Shown here one piece after another: positions 49,436 through 61,243 of a stretch of DNA of 64,000 bases. A model generated the notes under the pieces. That model had not been told where the DNA came from. It did no database searches and saw only the letters and a list, made by a program, of their open reading frames with translations. The position numbers and the translations under genes were made by a program. The DNA is from Malacoraja senta. Its lineage: Eukaryota. Location of the stretch: NCBI GenBank assembly GCA_038087875.1, contig CM075987.1, positions 14,632,001-14,696,000 of the forward strand. The letters are read 5' to 3'. The stretch's first letter is position 1. Every line of letters begins with the position of its first letter.

Positions 49436-51322
49436 TACAAGAAAGCTAGAGAAGGTTAGAACAGAAAGGAATCTCCAAATCATATATCTTGGGAGTCACG
49501 AAGAGAGAGCTTCACCTAAGGGAAATGCCTCATGTGTCAGATCAGAACATCCAATAACATTCTGCACTAATAGGCTTACTAAATTATCAAATGTCAGCTT
49601 TTTAAGAGCTGGAAAATCATGGGCAGTGCACCTGTTATTTCCTTGTCTTGGAGTTGGTGGATAAAGTTTCACACCAACAGTGTGAACATCACACTGGTGG
49701 GTTTGGTTACAGCGTAGCTTAGGATGAGATCATTTTGCATTTGCACCCTCCAGAGGCCATTTTGAACTGTGTGAAATGAAAAGACACCATCAAATGCATC
49801 CCCTGATATCCTTTTCCTTGGAAACAAAAGCAGATAATGTGGCCGCACTAACATCGCCTGGTTTGTATGATGTCAAATGATACCCTAAGTGTGTTCGCAC
49901 ATTCTCAGATAAAACATGCAAAGCCTTCATATTTAGTTTGCAAGGAATAACAAGCCACGTTGTGAAATGTGATCTCCAAACACATTTTGGAAATATTTTC
50001 CAACAGTGTAATAAAAATGGAATTTACCTTATTCAGTCAAGGCCTTGGTTGTGGAACTATTTGAGTTGGCTGTTTTTTTCCCCCTTATTGAAGCTGGCTT
50101 TCCTGTGTTGGCACGCATCAGCAACTCTACTGCTGACCCAGTTCAGAGCAGCCAGTGTAGCACAATTGTCCAATTGCAGCCTCAGAGATGTGAATGGCAG
50201 TTATCAAGCATCTTTACTTGCTGATCCATGGGTGGAGATGGCAGGAATCTGAACACTAGAATAGAAGAGTTGGAATAGGGTGTGTGTCCACTTGATTTTA
50301 CTGCATCATTCAGTAAGATTATGGATGATCTTCCAACCAATGCTCTCCCCCTTAATCTCCATGTGTCTGAATTCTCTCATGCCAGCAAATTGGGGAAATG
50401 GCACACAAATTGGGGAAATCTGCCCTTCCCTATGGGAAGGCATCTGGTTTTGGACAACAAGAATGCTGTTCACAATAGCAGCAATAAATGAATACATGTT
50501 TTTGTTCTTTATATTTCTAATCCTCAATGGTTATAATTCCTGGAGCACTAACTGCAGAGACTCATATTCTTCATGCGCAAGCACATCTTAAACCAGACAA
50601 ATCCTCTTCTCTCTGACTAGCCTACATGGATCAGATGGCAGTCTGAAACTAGAACCCTGGGTGGCCATTTTTTCCCTTGAAGTATGAAAATGACTTCCAC
50701 TGCAAAGCCCCAACCAAAGTCAGCTAGCTCCACACAATCTAACTAACTCTGGTTTTCCTTCATTGACCCCACAAGTCATCAAAGGATCTAATTATGCATT
50801 TTTTTTGCTTTAGTGTTTTGTTGTCCTTTGAATGAAATAATTATTTTCTTCACACAGTCCATTGCACCAACATTCCCACACAACAATGGTGTTGTTGTCT
50901 TGGCAACAGCTCAAAGAGGGCAGGGTTGAGCCGTCGGAGAGGAGAATCTCCTGCTTTGCCTGTCCTGCTCCCAACAGCTTGTCCAAATCAGCCAAAGGGA
51001 ACAATGTACTAATGCATATGGAAAGTACAACTTCAAAATGATAATTTGGTAATTTTCAGGACTCGAGGCTTTTATTGTACCTTCCATTGTATGGAACTTT
51101 TTTGTTGATAACTCAAGGTGCAAAATAGAAGGATGGAGTTTTCATTACAAGCAAGATGTTTTTAGTAGTAATCCCTTTTACTCTATCACACCTTCTTGAA
51201 TGTGCAATATTTTCAAAGGCAAGAATGAAAAATTGCAACATTTGCTTAATAGATCTAAATATTTCTGGACCAACTGATCAAAACCACAATATTTTAGTTT
51301 ATAATTATCTATGCGTAGTTTT

Positions 51323-52325
51323 ATTTTTTTATTTATTTTAATTTTATTAGAAGTAAGTACAATTGTATACAATCATATTTTCATAATACCTTTTATGTAC
51401 ATCTTCTTATTTTTTAAATTTTTTGTAATAAAGAAGAAAAAGAAAAAAGTTAGATAATGAAAAATAGAAAAATGTGATATATATAGTGTGTGAAAAAGAA
51501 AAATAGAGAGTGAAAAAAGAAAGTTGAGACATAGAAAATAGAAGAAAAAGAGTAAAAGAAGAGAAGAGAAGAAAAGAAAATAGATCATTTATAATCTTGA
51601 CCATCCCCAGTCACGGATTAACTTTTACACCTGTGTTGCACCATATGTTTCCAAAAAGACGACAAATGGAGACCAACTCGTTATGAATTGGTCAAATTTA
51701 TCTATTAGGAGGAATCGCATTTCCTCAAGATGTGCGGTATCCAACATACTTGCAATCCACATTTTGAGCGTTGGTATTGGTGTATTTTTCCAAAATTTAA
51801 ATATTAATGTTTTTGCTATTATTAAACCATAATTAAAAATTGACTTTTGAGATGAGCTCAATTTGTTCCCGTCTTCCATTACCCCAAATATAATCAATTC
51901 ATTATTGGGTTCCATTTTTGTCTTAAATAATTTTGTAAATATTTCGAAAATATCACTCCAAAATCCATGAAGTTTTATACAAGAAACAAAAGAGTGTGTT
52001 ATAGTTGCGTCTTGGGTTAAACATTTATCGCAAATGGGCGATATATTTGGATAAAATTTATTTAATCTTATTTTTGAGTAATATAATCTATGTAAAATTT
52101 TAAATTGGATTAGATTATGTCTTGCGTTAATCGAACACTTGTGAATGTATGTCAAATACTTTTCCCATGTAGCCTTTGTAATTTTTATCAATAATTCCAG
52201 TTCCCACTCTTCTCTAATTACCTCGGTCACAGGTAAATCTATATTTAAGATACTATTATATAAATATGATATTAATTTTTGTGTATCAGTTTTTATATTC
52301 ATTACTTCTTCTAGTAAATCAGGAG
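51323..52325 (-). mobile_element. 5'-truncated L1-clade LINE (ORF2 C-terminus, 3' UTR, A-rich tail)
   Basis: 16-bp TSD atctatgcgtagtttt (51307-22, 52326-41); ORF 51625-52302 with FKILHR and CCHC knuckle CDKC-x8-H-x4-C. Confidence 0.9.
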
Positions 52326-54911
52326 ATCTATGCGTAGTTTTTGTAAGAGCTTAAGTCAGTTCAGTATCAGAACGTGTATCCTGACAAACCCGGGAGATAC
52401 GTTTCCTTCGAGTTCTTGCACACACAACTACAATTCTGTGGCTTTCCTTCATCCCAGCCCTTATTATTGAAATATTCTCTGCTGCTATTTGAAAGAGCAT
52501 GGACACAGGTCCTTCAGCTCATCGAGTTAATGCTGCACATACAGCCCCCATTTACACTTAACACATTTTATTCTCTCTACATTCCCCTTAACTCCTCACA
52601 GATACTGCCACCCATGGAGAATTCATAGTGGTCAATTCTTTGGGATGTGGGGGAAATAGTAGCACCTGAAGTAAAACAATATGATCACAGAGAGAAAAAA
52701 AGACAAAGTGCTGGAGTAACTCAGCAAGTCAGGCAGCATTTCTAGAGAACATGGATAGGCGATGTTTTAGATCAGGACCTTCTTTAAACACACAGAAAAT
52801 GTGCATACACTACATAGGCAGCATCTGTGGCTAGGGATGAACCCAGGTCGCTGGAATTGTGAGATATCAGCTCTTCAAGTTACTTTATTGTGCAACATAA
52901 AACATTTCAAATGGATAGAGGATTCTACAACCAGAGGGCAACGGCTTAAGATGAGAGGGGAGTGATTTAATAGGAACCTCAGCAGCAACATTTTCACTCA
53001 AAGGATAGTCCATATCTGGAATAAACTGCTAAAAGAAGCTATCGATGTACGATAGGATAAATCTTTATTATATGTGGATATAATTATGACTTCTAAGACA
53101 TTTTGGCATACAAGAATAGGAAGGCACAGAGGGATCTGGGACAAATGCAAGCAAATGGGACTAGCCCAGTAGGCCAATTTGGTCAGCACGGATATGGAAC
53201 TCTGAAGGGCTTGTTTCTGTGCTATCTAGCTCTATGACTGATGTCTCAAGTTATTCAAATCAGTATTCAATCACACACTTTAGACTGATACTCCAGAGTA
53301 ACACTGAGGTGAAGCTATTGAAGGTATATTTTGGTTGTGCTCTGAAACCAAATCACAATTGTCCTCTGAAATGGGTGTAAACGTTCAGAAGCCACCCCCT
53401 TTGAAGAAAAGATTGGATCCCAGAAAATTTATTGTATGGCGGAAATATTAGTTTACAGGATTCAGGATCATACAACTTGGAAACAGGCCCTTCAGCCCAA
53501 GCCAACTGAGATACCCCACCTAGCCTCATATACCCACATTTTGTTCATATCACTCTAAACATTTCCGATGCATCTGCCCAGATGTCTTTTATATATCGTT
53601 ATTGTATCTGCCTCAATTACATCCTGGGGCAGCTTTATTCGGAAGATGGTCTTTGGAAGACGGGTTGCAGTCGATCGGGTACTTACTGTAATTAATGGCT
53701 ATAACGTTTGAACTCCACTTCCACCTCCCCCATGTGTATGTTCGAGGTGAAGGGGACATGCTCAGTGGCTTTTGAAAGGGGATGCTATTACGTTGGCTCA
53801 TGTGGATGGTGCAGATCAACATCTATGGTGTCTCTGTAGATCAGAGATATTTACTTGGAAATTCTGTGTTTTTTTCCCTCCCTGTGTAATGAGATAAAGA
53901 TGGATTGTGTCAGGATTCTGAAATTGGAGGAGGGGTTTGTGTTCAGAGCAAGCTCTTTAAAAACTTAGAATGGTATTGTAAATAGTTTACATTTGTATTA
54001 GGCCAAGTAATCCACAACTTTTCTTTCATATCAAGAATGCAGAGTTTTATAACTTGACGAGTGACTTAGTTTATTTGGGGTTGGAGAGGAAGTTCCCAAA
54101 TATTTCCAACTGGAAATTTCACTAACTCTCTGGCTGCAAATCCTACACATTCCGTTCCATCAAAGGCAGTTACACCATCACACTGAGGCTCGGAGACTTA
54201 CGGTGCACTGTGTTTTCCCTGGATTTGCATCTTACATATAGTTTTGCAATTTTTGAAAGCTTTGATGAATTTCTACAAGTCTTTCAGATCCCCAGTTTTG
54301 ACTTCCTGTGAATGCCAGATTTCAAATTCCTCCATTATTGGTATCAAGAACTGGAGGGCATAGAATGGGTACATGCAAAGAAACGTTTTAGCAGGACATG
54401 GGCCAAAAGTGGGCTAAGGGACTTGCTTAGATGGAGCATTTTGGGTCAGCATGGATAAGTTAGACCAGAGGGCCCGTTTCTGTGCTCTGTGACTATATCT
54501 TCAGCTGTCTGGATATGAGCTCTGGAATTATGCACCTCCTCCCCTTAGTAAGATACTGCTTAAAATTTACCACTTTTACCATGTTTTGGGTCAACGGTGC
54601 TATTGTCTCATAGTAAGGCAATCTGATGCCTACTAATGCAAAGCACCTTGAGATGATTTTACTACATTAAAGCTCTATTTAAATGAAGGTTGCCATTTTT
54701 CATCCACTAAAGAATTGATTGTTACAGTGGCCTGTGTTCCAAGAGTCATAGAGAGGTACAGCATGGAAACAGACCCTTCATCAAGGAGTCCATACTGACC
54801 AATTATCCATTGACACTGATTAATTCTACAGTCTACCTACATTCCATCAACTCCCCCAAGTTCTATCACTCAACGACACACTCAGGGCAATTTACAGAGG
54901 TCAATTAACTC

Positions 54912-55990
54912 CTTGAAAGTGGCAACTCAAGTAGATAGAGTGTTAAAGAAGTCACATAATATGTTTGGCTTCATTGGTTGAGGCATTGAGTGTAAGGGTC
55001 AGGATGTCATGATGCAGCTTTATCGGACATTTGTTGGGCTATATTTGGAATATTGCTTGCAGTTCTGGTCGCTCCATTACAGTAAAGATGTGGAGGCTTT
55101 GGAACGGGTAGAGAGGAGGTTTACCAGAATAATGCCTGGATTAGAGGGTATTAGCCACTGGGAGAGGTTGGACAGACTTGGATAGTTTTCTCTAGAACTC
55201 CAGAGGTTGCAGGGAGACCTGACCCCAGTATATAAAATTATGAGAGGCAGAGATAGAGTAGACAGTCAGTACCTTTTTCTCAGGATGGAAAGAAACAAAT
55301 ACTGGAGGACATAGCTTTAAAGTGAGAGGATACAACGTTTAAAGGAGATGTGTGGGGCAAGTAATGTTATACAGAGTGCCTGGCGAGTGTGATGAAAGTG
55401 CTGTCAGGGTTGGTAGCTGAGGCAGATATGATATGAGGCTTTTGAGGCATATGGATATGTAGGAAATGGGGGGATATGGATTATGTTCAGGTTGATAAGA
55501 GATAGTTTGGGCATCATGTTCAGCACAGACATTTTGGGCCGAAGGGTCTTTTCTTGTGTTGTGTCTATGACACGGAGAATGGATTAGTTGGGGACAGTCA
55601 GCATGGCTTTGTACATGGCAAATTCTGTCTTACTAACTTGGTCAATTTTTTAGAGGAGGTGACGAAGGTGATTGATGAGGATAGGGCAGTGGAAGTTGTC
55701 GACATTGATTTTAGTAAGGCATTTGATAAAGTCCACCATGGTAGGCTGATCTAGACGATTAAAATGCACAGGATTTGGTTGTGTGGATTCAGAACTGGCC
55801 TACTGACAGAAGGCAGAGGGTTGTGGTGGAAGGGTAATATTCAGACTGGAGGTCTGTGACCAATGGAGTTCTGCAGGGATCAGTGCTGGGACCTCTGTTG
55901 TTTGTGTTTATATATAAATGACTTGGATGTAAAGGTAGATGGGTTGGTCAGTTAGCTTGCAGATAACACCAAGATTGCTGGAGTTGCGGG
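54912..55990 (+). mobile_element. Two adjacent CR1 fragments (3' end, then RT domain)
   Basis: LEYCLQFWSL at ~55045; QHGF..CLTNL..DFSKAFDKV and QGSVLGPLLF at 55575-55990. Confidence 0.8.
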
Positions 55991-56839
55991 CAGATTCAAT
56001 GCAGAACAGTACCCCGAGCCAAGATTTAACCTGGCTCGTGGTGAAAACCATCACCCTGTCAGGGAATTGAACCAGGGTATCCTACGAGATAGATGGTGAT
56101 ACTAACCACTATATCAATGTGCATCGACATTTTGAGTGTCATTTATGGGTGCTGTAAATTGTCCTCTGCGGGTGGAATCTGGAATTGATGAAAACCTGTG
56201 CGGGATAAAATGTGATTACAGAAGGATTAATTTAAATGGATGTTTGATTGTCAGAGCGGACTCAGCAGGCCGAAGGAATGTTTCCAAACTGAGTGACTCC
56301 AAGACTGCAATTCATTGTGATGTGTGTCCATTCGGTGAAACAAGCGGGTCTTTAGGACGGAGAGAACATCTGCTGATTATGTATGACTAAACTCCATACG
56401 CAGACTGTCTCCCACATTGCAAACCTTCTTGGATTGCCTTGCCTTTCGGGATTTAAAGACTAACCCTTTGGAAGCTGACATAACCAATCAGGGGGAAATG
56501 ATAGGATAATTTGTTTTTATAGTGTCCTTATATTTTCTGTTGGTTATAATCAATGTTAGAGATGGGGAACTGATATATGAAAATGATCCATTGGGGAAAG
56601 AACATATATGACTGACTGATATATGAAATAATCCATTGGGGATAGAGCAGGCTACCTGTTTTCCAATTGGGCAGGAAAAATGGACTCTGGACAGAATGAA
56701 TATGTTGGGAAACCAATGATGGATGTGTAGGGCAGTTAGAGTCAGGAGTTAGGAAACCTCCAGGATGAAATGGAAGCAGAGTTGGCAACCCAAGGAGGGA
56801 TCATTTACAGAAAAGCAATAAACTTAGGTTTTCTAATCT

Positions 56840-57340
56840 CTCCTTTTAAGTACAACCTTCCATTCTAGGCAACATCCTGCTCAATCACTTCTGCATTCTA
56901 GCTATTGCTACTACATTGTTCCTACAGTGTGGCAACCATATCTGTATACAGTATTGTAGGTGTGGCCAAAGCAATGTTTTGTACAGCTGCACATGACATC
57001 CCAACTCTGATACTCAATGATCAGCCTACGAAGGTAAACGTACCAAATGGCTTTATCGTTACCCAATCCACCTGTGTCGCCACTTTCAGCGAGCTATGGT
57101 CTTGTGCCTCAAGGATTCTCTGTACTTCAATGCTTCTAAGGTGTCTGACATTTACTCCGTAAGTTCTCCCAGAATTTGACTTTCCAATGCGCAATACTTC
57201 ATACTTGTTTGGATTAAATTCCATTTGCCACTGCTCTGCCCAACACTTTTGCTAATATGTGTCCTGCTTTATGCTGGGATGCCCTTCTTTACCATTGGTA
57301 ACTCCAATATCTTTTTGTCAATGGTAAACTTGGTGATCAT
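56840..57340 (-). mobile_element. CR1 fragment
   Basis: MEFNPNKYEVLRIGKSN...SLKVATQVD. Confidence 0.7.
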
Positions 57341-57412
57341 GCTCTGGTAGCCTGGCTAATATTCATCTATCAATTAACATCACTTAAGCAGATCATCTTG
57401 CATTTACCACAT

Positions 57413-57646
57413 GTTTAAGAAGGAACTGCAGATGCTGGAAAATCGAAGGTAGACAAAAATGCTGGAGAAACTCAGCGTGTGAGGCAGCATCTATGTGGCG
57501 AAGGAGATAGGCAACGTTTCGAGTCGTAACCCTTCTTTAGACCTTCTCAGTCTGAAGAAGGGTTTCGACCCGAAACGTTGCCTATTTCCTTCGCTCCATA
57601 GATGCTGCCTCACCCGCTGAGTTTCTCCAGCATTTTTGTCTACCTT
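57413..57646. mobile_element. Fold-back (inverted dimer) Penelope mini-element
   Basis: 97-nt arms 57446-57542 and 57550-57646, 7-nt loop; TSD (ctt)gcatttaccacat on both sides. Confidence 0.88.
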
Positions 57647-60041
57647 GCATTTACCACATTGTTGTTTGTGGAGGCTTTCTGTGCAAAATGTGTGAAGTGA
57701 GCCACATCCCTGCTTTACAACTAATATGCGCTTCACTGTGGCTGTATCTTTCAGGTAAACCCAAGAGCCACTGTGTGCTGTTAAATGCTTGTCTTCCTTC
57801 CTGCTATTAAATACCAGTGTCTCCAAAAACAAGGGAATCAAAGGGAGGGGCAGACAACAGTTTCAGCTCTAAATTTATATTTCTATATTAAAAAAAACAG
57901 TTGCAGGCAACGGAAATCTGAAAACAGATATCGCATTTGAGTGTACAATCTGTTTAGGTTTGAAGGGTGAAACAGTTTCCTGTCAGAGATACAAATAACC
58001 TTGCCCTGCAGGGCTGCCTTATACTTTGCAAAACACAGACTGCTATCCAGAACAAGAGAGGGAGGATGGTGTTTTTTCAAGTTAAAAGGATCTATTGCAA
58101 TTTGCCAGGAAGTTCCTGCACTGTTTTGCAAGCTTTTCTCTCTCTGAACAGCCTATATTTCTACAGCAAAGTTCAAACCAGACCTCGTAGAGTCGACCTT
58201 TGAGGCCTCAAGCACTAATGTGGTGCAGAGCCTGTCACGCCCTGCCAACCCTCTCCCCTCCTCCACCTCTTGCCAATCTTTACCCCACCCCCACCTCGGT
58301 TCCTATTAGTCTGAAGAAGGGTCCTAACCCAAGGCGTTGTCTCCGCATTTCCCCCCTAGATGCTGAGTTCTTCCAGAGTTACTGAGTTCCTCCAGAACTT
58401 TTTTTTCCTTAAATTCCAACATCTGCAAGTCTCCTGTCTTGGCTTAATGACAGGGTTTGGTTTGTAAAAAGTAGAGTTAGCTGCTTGTCACGTCAGAATC
58501 AAGTGAGAGTTGCAGAAATGACAAGGCCAACTGAATTGCTCCTAATTCTGCAATATTCCAGAGGGAAAGATGTACAGTGTAAGCCTACTTCACTCTTTGG
58601 AACGCCATTGATGGGAATTCTGTGAACAGCTGTTTATGAAAAGCCCTCCCTTGGGAGACTTGTTAATGAGCAGTGTCCACAATTCACCCTCCATCGTTTT
58701 CAGGATTATGGGAAACAAACACGCCCATATCAGCCGCTTTTGTCTCAACCAAATTAGGGAATTCTGTGATAGTGTCTCGTTCCCAACTGCTCAAATGCTC
58801 CCAACCATTTATAGAACTAAGAACAGGAGAAAAATGCAACACACATCACTGGCCTGAATGCACAGTCTCAGCAGCTCAATAGCATTCTTGCCATTAGGAA
58901 TACTCTCTGCTACTGGAATCGATATCAACCCATGCTATTACTGGTATATTGAAACTGCAGCCTGCATCACCAACAGACAGGATAATAACAAGCATTATCT
59001 GCAACTCTTCCACTTGCAATTTGTACTCCTTAAGGCTCCTGAGCAGCAGATTCATTTGACATTCAACTTACTGCAAGTTTCATTTTGTTATTTCCAGCAG
59101 CAATTTAGGATTTCCCATGATGTTCTGTAAGTCCCTTATTGAGTATAGAAAATATAGGAAGGCAGTGTATTTTTTAAATGGTGTGAGTTTGAAAGTGCTG
59201 TAGTTCAAAACAATACGTGGTCAGTGTAGGATTGTGACACTGGGGTAAAATATCAACCTTATTAGTGGCAGAGCAGTGGTGAAAAGCTCAATGGCCCGTC
59301 CCATCTTCTGTTCTGGTGTCCCCAGCCATTTCTGCCCTAGCATATACTGACCAGCACCACCCAGTGGGCCAGAATTACACTGCCCACCACAGTACGAAAG
59401 TTCTGCTGAAAGTGGAGTCATATTTTGAGTTGGGCATTGGAGCAAACTGAATGATGGGAAATTTAAAACAGTTTTTCACTGAGTACATTCTCAATCCAGT
59501 ATTTTAATAGGCCATTTGCACCATGGTCCAGGGATGATCATCCCAAGGATGTTCAAAGACTGAAACTCAAAACAAAACTGTAAATCTGAAATAAAAACAG
59601 AAAATGTTGAAAATACTCAGCAGGCCAAGCAGCATCTGTGGAAAGATGTCAAAGCCTCTTTATCAGAATAGGGCAAGCAAGGAACAGATTAAATTGAAAT
59701 TACAGAGCCTGTTGGTCAGTATTAGAGTGATGTTTGGGTGGCTGAGGTGATTGTGCTATTTATAAAATTGTCTGGTTGAACCTAGATTTGCTCTTGGTTC
59801 CCTGGTTTCCTCCCACAGCTGGCTGGTATGTTCAATAGTAACTGTAACTTAGCCTGATGAAGATGGTCATAGAATTAGGGTGGAGTTGATGGAAATGTGG
59901 GAGGGAATAGGTTAGAGGGAAATAACCTCTTGTGAACGTGATTGATTGGCCAAATGGCTTCCTTTAATATCATATTCAAATATGAATAAACCAACCTCCA
60001 TTACAGGTCCATAGACTTCCACAACTATATCACTTGTATTC

Positions 60042-60365
60042 TGTCTGAAGAAGGTTCCCTACTGGAAACGTTGTCTGTCCATTCCCTCCACAGATGCTGG
60101 TTGACCTGTTGAGTTCCTCCAACACGTTGTGTTTTGATCACTTGCCCTTCCTCCCAACCTGCACCATGAAAGGACTCCATTTCATTCTCTCAAACAGTTC
60201 CTCTGTTTCCAACTGCCCTGATGACGGGACTTTCCGCGCAGATGTCCTTGAGATATCCTTAACCGTGGCTTTCCCTTCTGCAGCTGACAGAGCACCTCTA
60301 CTCTCTCCCTTTTCATAGACGCTGCCTGACATGCTGAATGATTATCAGCATTTACTGCTTTTGTG
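60042..60365 (+). mobile_element. Penelope-like remnant (pLTR plus RT C-terminal fragment)
   Basis: gtCTGAAGAagg...GAAACGTT head; KDSISFSQ..CPDDGTFR resembles the PLE KDSIPYSQFLRLRRICS region. Confidence 0.55.
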
Positions 60366-61226
60366 CACATACAGGATATCTGTTGTCATTTAGGGCAAGA
60401 GAAGAAATATATTGGGGTTCCATCCGTTATCCAATGACAAAGTTGAGGCCAATCCTTAATGACTGAGATCAGATCTGTGATTAAATTTGGCCTGTCATTC
60501 TCACCTTGTCAGAGGAAATAAATAGTAATGGTTGACAAAGAAAGAACTTGTATTTATTATCTCGTCATCCAAAAACACATCAGTATATTTTGAAGAATTT
60601 CCATTATTTAAAGAAACTGTGCAGCCAAAATTGCTCACAGCAAGCTCCACAAACAGCGAAGAGATAATATCTTTATTTTCTTTGAGGTTAGTTCAGGGAT
60701 ACATATTCTCCAAGGTAAGGGGAAGAACTGTGAGATTCTTTATGTCCAATTGAGGAGGGGGTCTCAGTTTAACATCTCATGGAAACCTGTAACAGTGCAG
60801 TATTCCTTCCATCAGAATGTGATTCATTTCCAGGTCTGATGGTGAGAAAGAACAATTAAGATAAAGCTTTTGTCTTATACAGACAAGCTAGTAATCCTCC
60901 CAGCTAGATCCCTGCTAATAGAGTTAGTTAGTTCTCTGTAGTTGATCAAAAATAGTCAAAAGTAAATCCAGTAAGGAAAAAAATATGTACATTTAGAAAT
61001 AGCTTTTTTATCTAAGTATTAGCTCAATAGACAAACGTCCTCGGACTGTTATAGATTGCAACGGCTGAGTTTCCTAATGCTGGGTTCATTATGAGGCAAT
61101 GTGCTGTTTTGTAAACGTGGTAAGTATGTCGTTGGAATGTGTTTGCAGCTGTTTTGCAAGCCAAGAAATGTACTTCTGGTGATTATCCTGCTGGGGACAG
61201 CTGGTGCCCAGAGAACTTGAGAGAGA

Positions 61227-61243
61227 TCAGCTAGATGGCGCTG
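61227..61243 (+). promoter_or_regulatory. Candidate CTCF site
   Basis: tcagctagatggcgctg matches the CTCF core C..CTAGATGGCGC by eye. Confidence 0.4.

Noticed and set aside
48841-49449. 202-aa ORF
   Set aside because: Spans a MITE; no recognisable domain
53686-53834. Exon-like minus-strand segment with ctacag acceptor and gtaagt donor
   Set aside because: Stops in all three frames read from the acceptor, no homology, no expression evidence
58060-58310. Weak resemblance to the SH2D3C N-terminus (FFKLKG, NLPGS, STFEAS)
   Set aside because: Fragments lie in different frames with stops and run into a repeat; likely chance, TBLASTN would decide
61099-61126. Short ATG-MCCFVNV with strong gtaagt donor
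   Set aside because: Too short, upstream in-frame stop, cannot be assigned to a gene
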